Below are positions 18,831-28,719 of a stretch of DNA of 64,000 nucleotides, one piece after another. Source of the DNA: an uncultured Candidatus Saccharibacteria bacterium (GTDB taxonomy: Bacteria; Patescibacteriota; Saccharimonadia; Saccharimonadales; AWTP1-31); NCBI GenBank assembly GCA_964409615.1, contig CAYPDT010000001.1, positions 307,880-371,879 on the forward strand, given 5' to 3'. The notes under the pieces were generated by a model. It had not been told where the DNA came from, ran no database searches, and worked only from the letters and a program-made list of their open reading frames with translations. Each line of letters begins with the position of its first letter. Within the stretch, counting starts at the first letter, position 1. A program made the position numbers and the translations under genes.

Positions 18831-19232
18831 ATGAAAGTTTCATCAAAATTCCGCCACTTAGCGCCATACATCTGCCTTGCATTAGTTGTAGTTGGGATGA
18901 CTACTTATGTCGGATATCACAAGAGATACACCAACAGGCAGGACGAATCGAGCAAGCAAGCTAAAGTACAAACCTTAGATAGCGCCTTCGAGAACTCAAC
19001 AAGCTTCTTCAAACGTAATATTACTGGTACAGTCAGTGAAGTCAACGCAAAACAGATTACTATTGTATCGTCTAATTCTACCGAACAAACCTTTAACTTT
19101 ACGCCAAAAACTATATTCCAACGTGCAGGCCAGAAAATATCCGTAACAGATTTAAAGAAAGATCAGCAAGTAACTGTCTTAAGAAGTCGAATTGACTATT
19201 CACAAGCGGCAGGAATTACAATCAATAAGTAG
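18831..19232 (+). CDS. Hypothetical membrane-anchored protein
   Basis: A 133-aa ORF with an N-terminal TM helix and no recognised motif. Confidence 0.5.
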   Translation: MKVSSKFRHLAPYICLALVVVGMTTYVGYHKRYTNRQDESSKQAKVQTLDSAFENSTSFFKRNITGTVSEVNAKQITIVSSNSTEQTFNFTPKTIFQRAGQKISVTDLKKDQQVTVLRSRIDYSQAAGITINK

Positions 19233-19233
19233 T

Positions 19234-19470
19234 CTAGTCAGCTAGCAGTAACATTGAGACATCTTGGAAAAGAGCATGGTCTTGTGCTGTACGCAAATCG
19301 AAGGGAATAGCACCTAGCCTTTCGAATTCACCCTGGGCCCAAGCCAAACTCTGCTCATAAGTCATGCCTATATTAGTTTCGAGCATTTCCGGGGTCAAGC
19401 TAATTATTGCAGGAGTGGCAAATCCATTGGCTGCTGCCGCAAGTTCCACTTCCCCAATCTGTTCCAACAT
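19234..19470 (-). CDS. Hypothetical small acidic protein
   Basis: A 78-aa ORF with no motif. Confidence 0.35.
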   Translation of the reverse strand: MLEQIGEVELAAAANGFATPAIISLTPEMLETNIGMTYEQSLAWAQGEFERLGAIPFDLRTAQDHALFQDVSMLLLAD

Positions 19471-19504
19471 GTTACTAGTTTACTATTCTTCTCGATATAT
19501 GCAA

Positions 19505-19790
19505 TTATTCTTTAGAGTATTTTTTGGCTGTAAAAACAAGCAGGCAAAATCCTGAAATCACCGCAAATACACCAATCAAGACAGACTCACGGCCCAAGCC
19601 AGTGTTCGGGGCGGCTGCATTAGTACCTGCATTATTAGTCGATGCCGAAGAGACCAATGCCCGAGTCGTAATAGCCCAGGGTAAGGGCAGGTTTGCACTT
19701 GCCAATGCTATTGCCGGTAACGGTGGCACGGAGATCTACGTTAACCAGTAGCTTCACAAGCCCCGGGCGAGGCCCCAAACTGCTCACTCG
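19505..19790 (-). pseudogene. Degraded 3' remnant of a choice-of-anchor-Q-like surface-protein gene (retains the APNTG sorting signal)
   Basis: The 74-aa ORF ends ...NAAAPNTGLGRESVLIGVFAVISGFCLLVFTAKKYSKE, which is the same sorting-signal architecture as the three full paralogs. The upstream sequence matches the conserved C-terminal domain only weakly and in shifted frames. Confidence 0.5.
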
Positions 19791-20327
19791 TAAAGTACTA
19801 ATGATTGCAGGAGAAACATCAATGGATATATTTGAACTTTTTTGACCTTGAAATTCTTTACGCTTTTATCACCAAAGGTAACGGTAAATTTTTCATCTGC
19901 TTTGAGTTTATCGATGTTATACAAAATCCCTTTGGCGTACAGGCCATGCACAAGGCCATCCAAGATACTGAGGCCATTTGCACCTACTAATACTCCACCG
20001 GTGTACCACCCAGCCATATGCACGTTGTTTGGCACCACCATTCGGTTTTCTTTATCTACCCCGACCTGCTGGATGAAACCTTCGGCTTTTATGGTTGGTA
20101 ACTGGATAGACAATGGCTTGTCTGCGGGAACGCTATAGTTTTTTTTGGGGGAGCTGCTTAGTCGGTTCATCTGTCGAAACCGTAGCCACGGCGTGCACTG
20201 GCGTTACGCCAGCATGCTGAATTTTGTACCATTTGCGTATGGCATTTACACCGACACTAATCAGCAATATGCCAACTACGGGTGCTACGAGCCGAGTTTT
20301 TTGCCGAATAAAAAGAGCCCGCCACAC
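19784..20327 (-). pseudogene. Sortase pseudogene (paralog of 9399-10064)
   Basis: Two ORFs in different frames. 20133-20327 encodes the TM anchor and 19784-20170 encodes the core, which aligns with the intact sortase (SVPADKPLSIQLPTIKAEGFIQQVGVDKENRMV...). The frames switch at a C5A8 homopolymer on the coding strand (20139-20151). IDGH is replaced by LDGL, and the TC/Arg-containing C-terminus is missing. Confidence 0.7.
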
Positions 20328-20378
20328 CCCTGCTAGATTTCTCGGTGTTTTTCTTTAAACATTTCTTGTTGACGGCCA

Positions 20379-21884
20379 TCAACCTATTTTTACCGCAAAT
20401 CGCTTGCGAAATGCATAGGCAATCATACTAATGCCGAGTGTGCTAGCAGCAAATGCCATCAAGCTCGAAGCAGTTTTTGCACCAGTGTTAGGGGCTGCAG
20501 CACCACCAGCATTGGCGTTGGTTGTGGTTGCCGCACATACAGCACCCTCGAACTGATAAGCACCGACGGATGGGCAAGTGTTAGGACGAGCGACGCCGCG
20601 GGCATCGGTGGTAACGCCAAGAACTGCGCTACCCGAAGCGATGGCAGGAGAACCTGCGAGCAGAGCTCGAGTTGGAACACTTCCACCGTTGTTCTGGAGA
20701 ACCCCCAGCGTTGAAAGGATACTGCTTATATTTTGTCTGTCGGATGGTTGGGTAAATGATGTACACGAAGCGTCATCAGATATATTGTGTCCCAGGGAGT
20801 TGACTACCACAACAACATCAGTTCCAGAGCCGCCTATAACATCCGTTAAATCTGCAACCGTACAGTTAGAGGACACACCATCATTTAGATTATCTGCCAT
20901 CAAGCTATTAGTAACCTCAACGGTGGCACGTGCTTGGTCGCCAGGAGAGACAGCACTACCGGCGGCATAAAAAGCAGCCGACTTAACACCAAGACTACCC
21001 CCTGTGCCAGTTTTACCCCTGAGACCAGTGATTGTGACATTCTGAACTTTAGTATTAACTGTCGCGCTTCCATCACTACCAAGCGCATAACTTCCAAATG
21101 GTATCGCGTTATCATCAGCTGTAAAGTCATCAACAGTCACATTGGTGACAATTGTATTGATGGTCGTATCAACAGAATCACCGTATGCTAAAGAGATAAT
21201 TCCGAATATACTGTCGCCGACAGCTGTACTATGTATGTCCGACAGCGTAATGTTATTCAGATTAGCGTTGATTATACCGTTACCCCGCTGCTCTACGCGA
21301 ACCAGGGATAATCCACCAGTGTTATTGATGTTATGCACGTATACATTATTTATTTCTATCTCGTGCGTCGCACTGTCACTGGCTATGGTAGTAATATGTT
21401 CTCCTGTAGTGGAGTCCGATCCTTGCCCGTCAACTTCTATGTTGCTTATGCGGATGTTACCGTTCTCTGTGCGTATTGCAAAGCTGCGGAATGCTGTTAT
21501 TTTTAAGTTATCAATTGAGATGTCCACACCTTGAGATGTAAATACTGCGTACTGACCTGCACCCCCACTAATGACAGTACTAGACATACCTGCCCCTTGG
21601 ATACGAACTGGCTCTGTAATGAGCGGCAGATCAACAGATAACGTGAATGTTCCTGCAGGAATGGTGATCGTATCGTTGGTTCCATATGCTGCACCGGTTT
21701 TTACACAACCATTTCCATCCGCGCCGTTATTGGTAGCCTCAATTGCTTCGTTGAGTGTACAGTTGGTATCTACTGCTAGTGTCGCAGCGTGAGCCCTACC
21801 GCTGCCCAAAGCAAGCACTGTCAGAAAGACAAAAGCGGCTAGGACAAATTTATTTGTTTTGCTTAGGTTGAGAATGAGTTGCAT
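20379..21884 (-). CDS. Secreted beta-helix surface protein, choice-of-anchor-Q-like, APNTG sorting signal (paralog 2)
   Basis: Shares the signal peptide (LSKTNKFVLAAFVFLTVLALGSGRAHAATL), the C-terminal domain (LQNNGGSVPTRALLAGSPAIASG...TDARGVARPNTCPSVGAYQFEG) and the APNTG plus TM plus basic tail with 10069-11826. Confidence 0.75.
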   Translation of the reverse strand: MQLILNLSKTNKFVLAAFVFLTVLALGSGRAHAATLAVDTNCTLNEAIEATNNGADGNGCVKTGAAYGTNDTITIPAGTFTLSVDLPLITEPVRIQGAGMSSTVISGGAGQYAVFTSQGVDISIDNLKITAFRSFAIRTENGNIRISNIEVDGQGSDSTTGEHITTIASDSATHEIEINNVYVHNINNTGGLSLVRVEQRGNGIINANLNNITLSDIHSTAVGDSIFGIISLAYGDSVDTTINTIVTNVTVDDFTADDNAIPFGSYALGSDGSATVNTKVQNVTITGLRGKTGTGGSLGVKSAAFYAAGSAVSPGDQARATVEVTNSLMADNLNDGVSSNCTVADLTDVIGGSGTDVVVVVNSLGHNISDDASCTSFTQPSDRQNISSILSTLGVLQNNGGSVPTRALLAGSPAIASGSAVLGVTTDARGVARPNTCPSVGAYQFEGAVCAATTTNANAGGAAAPNTGAKTASSLMAFAASTLGISMIAYAFRKRFAVKIG

Positions 21885-21926
21885 ACGGAATTCCTATTTT
21901 TATTTACGCTTGTGCTTAGTGTAACA

Positions 21927-23461
21927 CTATGCACGTTTTTTGAGAGCATACCCAAGGATGGATAGTTCAAGAACAGAGGCTATGCCAGCCATCGAGGTTG
22001 AGGCAGTTTTTGCTCCGGTGTTAGGGGCTGCAGCACCACCAGCATTAGCATTGGTGGTGGTTGCAGCGCAGACCGCTCCTTCGAACTGGAAGGCTCCAAC
22101 GGATGGGCAAGTGTTAGGACGAGCTACGCCACGAGCGTCTGTTGTTATGCCCAAGACCGATCCTCCAGAAGCTATGGCAGGCGAGCCTGGTAACAGTGCA
22201 CGGGTCGGCACTGCGCCACCATTGTTTTGAAGAGGACCGAGGGTGGAATATACGTTGGACACATTATGCTGATCGGTTGGAGAAGTAATCGAACCAGCAC
22301 AACTGTTATCGTCAAAAATGTTGTGACCCAGGGAATTGACCGAAACCACTCCTGTTCCAAGTCCACTAGCTAATGCTGTGAAATCTCCTATAGCACAGTT
22401 GTTTGATACTCCATTACTCTTGTTGTTTGCCAGAAGACTGTTACCTACCGAGATTGTACTTGTGGCAGTTGTGCCCGCTCCAACACCTAACGATGCTGCA
22501 TAAAAAGCTGCCGAAGCTGCTAATCCGGTTGGGTCTAGTGTACCGTCTGTCCCGGTGACAGTGACATTGTTAATGATTGTATTCACAATTGCATCACCAT
22601 TATTGGAATAAGCGTTATTGGAGAACGGCGCAGCAATTGTAGTAGTCGAATAGACATCATCGATTGTAATATTAGCAGCGTTAGCGTTGAGTGTACCAAA
22701 ACCACCAAAGACGTTATCCCACAAGCCGATTGAAAGCATTACCCCAATAGTACCGCCCCCAGATGTCGTATTTGAGATGTTTGCAATGGTAATATTTTGC
22801 AAGGATACATTTGACACTCCACCTTGCCCCTGGTTAATTAACAACGCTCCAACAACATTCGCCGAACCTACAATGTCATGTACATAAATGTCACTAAGAT
22901 TAACCGTTCTTGTACCCGAAGAAAGTGATTGCAAGAATATTGCAAGAATATTGCTTCAAATTCGCCACTTGATGGCAGGGCATCGCTACCATCTACTTCT
23001 ATATGATTGATATTTAGAGTCTCATCTGTGTTAGACAAGATTGCGTAGCCGCTATACGCGATAACCTTTAAGTTACTGATGGTCGCAGATATCCCAGTAC
23101 CGATTTCTATTCCATTATACTGTCCATTGTCACCATCAATAATTGTCTGACTCATGCCAGCACCGTTAATAACTATATCTTCGGTGATTACAGGTATGTC
23201 TGCAGTTAGTGTATAAGTGCCCGCCGGGATATTGATAGTGTCATCGGTGCCGTAACTGCCTACTGCCGTACACCCAGACTGGTCAGCTCCTGCGTTTACT
23301 GAATCAATTGCAATCGGAAGCGTGCAACCCCCTGTTACGTTTAAGGTTGCAGCATTTGCTCGTCCGCCACCGATTGCTAGCACCGCCAAGAATGCGAAGG
23401 CCGCAAGAATTAGTTTGTTTGTTTTACTGAGGCTAATGATCGATTCGTAAATGCTCTGCAT
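21927..23461 (-). pseudogene. Choice-of-anchor-Q-like surface protein paralog 3, frameshifted by an 11-bp tandem duplication
   Basis: The N-terminal half (ATG at 23461, MQSIYESIISLSKTNKLILAAFAFLAVLAIGGGRANAATL...) and the C-terminal half (21927-22934) lie in different frames. Removing one copy of TTGCAAGAATA joins them as ...EFEAIFLQSLSSGTRTVNLSDIYVHD..., giving about 507 aa. Confidence 0.75.
22929..22950. repeat. Perfect 11-bp tandem duplication TTGCAAGAATA x2 (followed by a partial TTGC)
   Basis: Read directly in the sequence. 11 nt is not a multiple of 3, and the duplication sits exactly at the frame break of the gene. Confidence 0.9.
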
Positions 23462-23511
23462 GGATGTTTCCTGTTTTTGTTTATGCTTGTGCTTATTGTA
23501 TAATCTTGGGT

Positions 23512-25833
23512 CTAGCGTCGGGCATAGCGAGCAAGGTGCTTCTTTTTTGATACGTACATGGCCATACCCGCAGACACAATCATTAACACCGCCAGCCCTC
23601 TGAGCGCTGTTTGGCCGGTAACCGCCAGTGGAGACGTACTGCTGCCACTGGGCTGAGTCGTTGCCGCCCCACAAACTTTGCCACTCGACAGTACTAAGCC
23701 AAGACTGTAGCTAGCAGTCTGTGTGTCGGTGGTGTCATCGTTCAGCTGCGTGGTAATACTGTTGGCAGTATTGGTGATAGTAGGTACATTACAGTCATCT
23801 TGCGCTACTGTTTGGTAGCAAATCTGGGCATCATCTCCCTGGAAGGTTACCGATGCCACGGGCACGACGTCGCCACTCCATGGATTGTTGTTGAGTGCCA
23901 CGAATAATACATCTACGCTAATGTCTTGGGTGTTACCCGAGTATGGCAATGATGAGATATCGAGCTCGCCTGCAGTAGAGACGATGTCAACCTGGTCGAA
24001 CCCAGACACAACTGCTCCCGTACTGTCGTGCACCGTTACCAGTATTTGCTGGAAGTCGGATAACGTAAGATTGCTGACTTTAATTTTGTCCCAGCCAGTT
24101 ACGTTACCATCACCCTCACAATAGTAAGCAGAGGGGTTGACAGTAACCGTCGAGATTGTACGCCGACACGGCACTGAACCGTTATCGGCAGAGAATGACC
24201 AGAGCCAACCCGAGTCTCCCAATCCTAGTAAGCACCCGGTTTCGTCAATGGCATAACCATAGTCCCGGGTATTACCCCCGTTCACGGCGGCTGAACCAGT
24301 CCATGCACTCCACAGTGTTTCGCCATCGCCGTTACTACCCCAGCCAGCGCATTCATCGGCTGCATCCCAGTTATAGCAACCGGCAGCCCCACTATTTGTA
24401 GCTGGTGCAAATTTACTGAACGGGAAAATAGTAATGTCGTCACCTGCACTGTTGGTAGTTTGAATCTCTTCGTACGACGCCATGAGTCCAGCCAGGCCAG
24501 TCGCATCTGCCACAACGTTAGTAACCAGATTAGCGTCTGCACTATAGTTAACCCCCGTAGATTTGTCGTAGCAGCGAGTAAGTGTAGTGACTGTGAATGC
24601 ATCTACAAAAAATACGCAAGGGTTGTTGGCGTTATTGGCATCCTTGAAAATGCCAGTGATTAGCTGCGTGAACGAACCTGATCCGCCAATACTTGGTGTC
24701 GACCAGCCCGAACAGGACCCATTGGACGCAGCTGGATCAAAACACACGAGGCGGCTATTCTCCCCTAAGTTTGAGGTAAAGATATCTGCCTTGAATGAAT
24801 AATTAATAGGGGCATAGATTTTGCCGTCGATAACTTCAGCTGAGCCAACCGGACCATATGTCGGAGAAATAGCGTTGTGTTGATTTGGGTCATAGGTAGG
24901 CAGGCTGTACGTCGTAGCTAGGTTACGATTGCCAAAACCTCCGCATGTTGTAGAAAAGGTTGCCGGGTCGAAACTGTACATAACTAGGTTAACATCCCAG
25001 GCGTGCAAGCATGATCCAGACTTAACTACACCAAGTAGTCGAGACGGCTGATCAGGCCCAAGTTTTGTGCCTGTCGCCGAGAGTTGAGTATAGCCATTGC
25101 CACTGCAAAATTGGTCATTTGCCAAATCCCAACAGACTATGCCATAGCCCGCGTCTCGCTGGGCCGCAAAAAATAGTCGGCTGTTCTGCACGTCGGTGTA
25201 GGTCATAGGATTAATTGAGGTATAGAAGTCGGTTTGACCAGACAAATTGAGTGCAACGGGATAGTTGTTGCAGGCATTCGGGATTTGCGATGAACAGACA
25301 ATTTCGTTTCCAGACAGCGTACTATGGTGTACTAAGCCGAAGTAGCGCCCTTTAAACGGAATTGGAATATAGGCATCTTCACCCGTACCAGACTGTGCGG
25401 TACTCGTAAGCGGTTCAGACGATATCTGACCAGCTCCATTACCAGGCTCGGAGACGACCGGATTACTAAACCGCAGGTTAGTTGTTGAAACACCAGTATC
25501 TGACGTGTTGTAGGTAGCTCCGTTATCTATTGAATACTCGCTGCTCCAACCCGGTGGCACCTGTGCGCTACCCGAAACAAACTTGGAGCCTGTTGGTATG
25601 GCATTGGTGATAGTGGCCGATGCTGGCCCGCCACTAGCATTGTTATAGCCCAATGCCCATGCTGCATTCTGCCCGGCTCGCACCTGGGTAGTATTGTTAT
25701 TGCCCGAATCCCGACCAGTCAGGCTCAACGAACTACTTGCAGCAAAGACTGATTGACCATTTGCGAAGACTAATACAGCCAATGCAAGCAAAAGCCAGAC
25801 CCTATGAATTTTTTCTAAAATTTTTGTTCTCAT
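23512..25833 (-). CDS. Large Cys-rich secreted surface protein with LAVTG sortase sorting signal
   Basis: Signal peptide ...ANGQSVFAASS. The C-terminus is PLAVTGQTALRGLAVLMIVSAGMAMYVSKKKHLARYARR, an LAxTG motif plus TM plus basic tail. Confidence 0.7.
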   Translation of the reverse strand: MRTKILEKIHRVWLLLALAVLVFANGQSVFAASSSLSLTGRDSGNNNTTQVRAGQNAAWALGYNNASGGPASATITNAIPTGSKFVSGSAQVPPGWSSEYSIDNGATYNTSDTGVSTTNLRFSNPVVSEPGNGAGQISSEPLTSTAQSGTGEDAYIPIPFKGRYFGLVHHSTLSGNEIVCSSQIPNACNNYPVALNLSGQTDFYTSINPMTYTDVQNSRLFFAAQRDAGYGIVCWDLANDQFCSGNGYTQLSATGTKLGPDQPSRLLGVVKSGSCLHAWDVNLVMYSFDPATFSTTCGGFGNRNLATTYSLPTYDPNQHNAISPTYGPVGSAEVIDGKIYAPINYSFKADIFTSNLGENSRLVCFDPAASNGSCSGWSTPSIGGSGSFTQLITGIFKDANNANNPCVFFVDAFTVTTLTRCYDKSTGVNYSADANLVTNVVADATGLAGLMASYEEIQTTNSAGDDITIFPFSKFAPATNSGAAGCYNWDAADECAGWGSNGDGETLWSAWTGSAAVNGGNTRDYGYAIDETGCLLGLGDSGWLWSFSADNGSVPCRRTISTVTVNPSAYYCEGDGNVTGWDKIKVSNLTLSDFQQILVTVHDSTGAVVSGFDQVDIVSTAGELDISSLPYSGNTQDISVDVLFVALNNNPWSGDVVPVASVTFQGDDAQICYQTVAQDDCNVPTITNTANSITTQLNDDTTDTQTASYSLGLVLSSGKVCGAATTQPSGSSTSPLAVTGQTALRGLAVLMIVSAGMAMYVSKKKHLARYARR

Positions 25834-25967
25834 GGTAACTTACGCACCTTTTCAACCTGTTTCAGGTTCAGTGTAGAATATTTTACAAACATAAGCAATA
25901 CATTTTACCAACATTCGACGTCTGTTGATGCACCGCAAATCGTTATATCCTAATTATTTGCGAAATT

Positions 25968-26078
25968 TTATGCCTGGGATTTAACTCGCAGAAACGCCAA
26001 CACAATCAAGCCGATAACGACTACTAAGATACAAATAAGCAGTGGAATGAGTCCCTCTTGATTAAGTTTACGCTTCAT
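25968..26078 (-). CDS. Possible 36-aa single-TM peptide
   Basis: Hand-translated MKRKLNQEGLIPLLICILVVVIGLIVLAFLRVKSQA. It is below the ORF-track cutoff and there is no other evidence. Confidence 0.25.
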   Translation of the reverse strand: MKRKLNQEGLIPLLICILVVVIGLIVLAFLRVKSQA

Positions 26079-26181
26079 TAGTTCTATAGTACTTATTCTT
26101 ATATAAGAAGTAAACCGTCTTTGATGCCTGTTAGCTGCAGGCTGTCATCTGTTATTATAGTTATGGTTAGTGAGGTAATAA

Positions 26182-28719
26182 TTGAACAACAAACAACTCT
26201 ACAATTTAGATATCAATCAAGCGTTAGCATCGTTACATAGCTCTCGGAGTGGGCTCGACCCGCATACCGCTGCCCAACGACTAAAACAATATGGCCCCAA
26301 TGAGTTGACTGCCAAAAAATCCCCACTGTGGAAACGAATTATCGAACCGTTTGCCAGTTATTTTGCAATGGTGATTATTGCAGCTGCCCTGCTGAGTGTC
26401 TACGAGCGTAAATGGTTCGAGGCGATTATTATTAGCGCCATCCTCTTGATTAACGCCATAATCTATTACTTCCAACAAATATCGGTTGGCCGAGTTCTTA
26501 AAACACTGCGTGCTCAAGACAAACAAAATGTAGACGTTATTCGCGCCGGCCATACGCAATCTATCGCAAGCAGTAAACTTGTGCCTGGCGACATCGTACA
26601 CGTTACCGAAGGCATGAAAATTCCAGCCGATGGGCGCTTGATAGACGTCAGTCATTTGCAAGCTGATGAATCGTTGCTGACCGGAGAATCATTACCCATT
26701 CACAAGATTGCCGGTGAACTGAATTCTGTAGAAGATTCCGTAAAGGAAGTCTACGACCAAAAGAATATGTTGTTTAAGGGCAGTTACGTGCGAGCTGGCA
26801 CGGGCCTACTGCTCGTCAGCCAGACCGGCAACAATACTCAATTGGGTACCATTAATAAACTTGCGTCCGAGGCAGATGAAGGCAAAACACCAATCGAACG
26901 AAAGATAGATGAACTAACCAAAAAACTACTGATTGGTATTGTGATAGTTTCGGTAGCAGTATTTATTCTGGCAATAGTCCGCGGTATTCACCTAGACGAA
27001 GCCCTGCGTTTTACATTGAGCTTAATTGTGTCGGCCGTGCCGGAAGGTCTGCCGGTAGCCATGACATTAGTATTGTTATTAAGTGCCAATGGTATGGCCA
27101 AACAAAAAGCCCTGGTTAAGAAATTGTCAGCACTAGAAACTCTCGGCGCCGTAACGCTTATTGTGACTGATAAAACAGGCACAATCACCAAGAATCAGTT
27201 GTCGGTAGCCGACCATTACACGCATCATACGGGTTCCGACAAATTTTTCCTGGCAGTTCGAGCCAGCCTGAATGGCACTAAAGATCACAGCCCCGATCCA
27301 CTGGATGCCTTGCTGGTTGGGGCAGCGGGTACTACAAAAATCCCTGCTGGCTGGAAGAAGATACATGAGTTTCCTTTTGATCAACAGCAACGCCTTAGTG
27401 GAGCTGTCTGGCAGAATGGCAAGCAATATCAATTGTTTGTTAAAGGTGCTCCCGAAAAAATCATGAGCCATACTCCACATCTGCGTGGCCTCAATGTGGC
27501 ACTTTCTGACTTTACTTCGAAAGGATATCGGACCATCGGCTTTGCTAGTAAAAAACTCTCGACCATCCCAAAAGAGTTAACAACCAGCACCTTAGCCAAT
27601 ATGCAGTTCGATGGCTTTGTTGGGTTGAGCGACCAACTGCGGCCGAACATTCAAAAAGCTATTGAAGAGGCTCACCGAGCAGGAATTAAAGTAGTGATGC
27701 TAACGGGCGACCATATGGAAACCGCCGGTTATGTTGGTAGACAAACTGGTATCATTTTTAACAATACCCAAGCAGCAGATAGTAGCAGTTTGGCGAGTGC
27801 GTCGGGCGACCGCATCCGCACCGCTTTGGAAACCACTACGGTATTTGGAAGAGTCTTGCCGGAGCACAAATATGCCTTACTGAAAGCCGTGAAGGGTCAC
27901 GAGATAACTGCCATGACTGGCGATGGTGTTAACGACATCCCGGCATTAGTTGAAGCGGATGCCGGGCTGGCCATGGGTAGTGGTGCCGATGCCGCAAAAG
28001 ACGCCAGCGATGTAGTACTGATTAATAGTAACTTCATGACGATAATCAACGCTGTTCGCACCGGTCGTACAGTCTTAGCCAACATCCGAAAGATGGTGGT
28101 GTATTTATTAGGAACCAGCGGTGGCGAAGTACTCACCATGCTATCTGCCCTGCTTCTTAATATACCGTTACCTATCACAGCAGTCATGGTACTGTGGGTC
28201 AACTTGGTGACTGATGGCGTGTCGGTAATACCGCTGGGCCTAAGTCAAAGCGAGACGTATCAAATGCGCCAAAAGCCCGACAATCCTAACGCGCCGTTAC
28301 TCAATAAGCTGCACATAAGCCGCGCACTTGTACTGAGCGTAACCATGGCAGTGACTGTGTTAATAATGTTCAAGCTCCACCTGCCGAAAGGCCTGGCCTA
28401 TGCTCAAACTATTGCTTTCTTGAGCCTAATTGTTATCCAGTGGGCAAACGCATTTAATATGAACTTCGAGCATCATTCTTGGCTTCGGAATTTCATAAAA
28501 CCCAATTTCAAACTATGGGCAGCAATTAGCGGTTCTATTGTTCTGAATATTATATTGTTCTGCACACCACTCCGTGGCTACTTCAGCCTTGCCACATTAG
28601 AATTAAGTGATGCCGTGCGCGCCATTGTCATACCCTGCGCCGTAGCATTTGTAATGTGTGACGTGCATAAATTGGTTAGCTGGAAGTTCCGTAGCCACCA
28701 ACTACAAAGCACAATTTAG
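26182..28719 (+). CDS. Cation-transporting P-type ATPase (type II-like)
   Basis: Has the DKTGTITKN phosphorylation motif, TGES, MLTGDH, TGDGVNDIPAL and about 10 TM helices. The start is TTG, preceded by GTGAGG. Confidence 0.9.
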   Translation: MNNKQLYNLDINQALASLHSSRSGLDPHTAAQRLKQYGPNELTAKKSPLWKRIIEPFASYFAMVIIAAALLSVYERKWFEAIIISAILLINAIIYYFQQISVGRVLKTLRAQDKQNVDVIRAGHTQSIASSKLVPGDIVHVTEGMKIPADGRLIDVSHLQADESLLTGESLPIHKIAGELNSVEDSVKEVYDQKNMLFKGSYVRAGTGLLLVSQTGNNTQLGTINKLASEADEGKTPIERKIDELTKKLLIGIVIVSVAVFILAIVRGIHLDEALRFTLSLIVSAVPEGLPVAMTLVLLLSANGMAKQKALVKKLSALETLGAVTLIVTDKTGTITKNQLSVADHYTHHTGSDKFFLAVRASLNGTKDHSPDPLDALLVGAAGTTKIPAGWKKIHEFPFDQQQRLSGAVWQNGKQYQLFVKGAPEKIMSHTPHLRGLNVALSDFTSKGYRTIGFASKKLSTIPKELTTSTLANMQFDGFVGLSDQLRPNIQKAIEEAHRAGIKVVMLTGDHMETAGYVGRQTGIIFNNTQAADSSSLASASGDRIRTALETTTVFGRVLPEHKYALLKAVKGHEITAMTGDGVNDIPALVEADAGLAMGSGADAAKDASDVVLINSNFMTIINAVRTGRTVLANIRKMVVYLLGTSGGEVLTMLSALLLNIPLPITAVMVLWVNLVTDGVSVIPLGLSQSETYQMRQKPDNPNAPLLNKLHISRALVLSVTMAVTVLIMFKLHLPKGLAYAQTIAFLSLIVIQWANAFNMNFEHHSWLRNFIKPNFKLWAAISGSIVLNIILFCTPLRGYFSLATLELSDAVRAIVIPCAVAFVMCDVHKLVSWKFRSHQLQSTI

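Noticed and set aside
20459-22887. Multiple 60-130-aa ORFs on both strands inside the beta-helix paralogs
   Set aside because: They are nested in or antisense to paralog genes whose frames are supported by conservation of three to four copies, including the signal peptide, the C-terminal domain and the sorting signal.
23462-23674. N-terminal extension of ORF 22868-23674 (MWGGNDSAQWQQY...)
   Set aside because: It overlaps the 3' end of the 773-aa LAVTG gene. The paralog-conserved start MQSIYESIISLSKTNK at 23461 has the conserved leader, so the extension is spurious.
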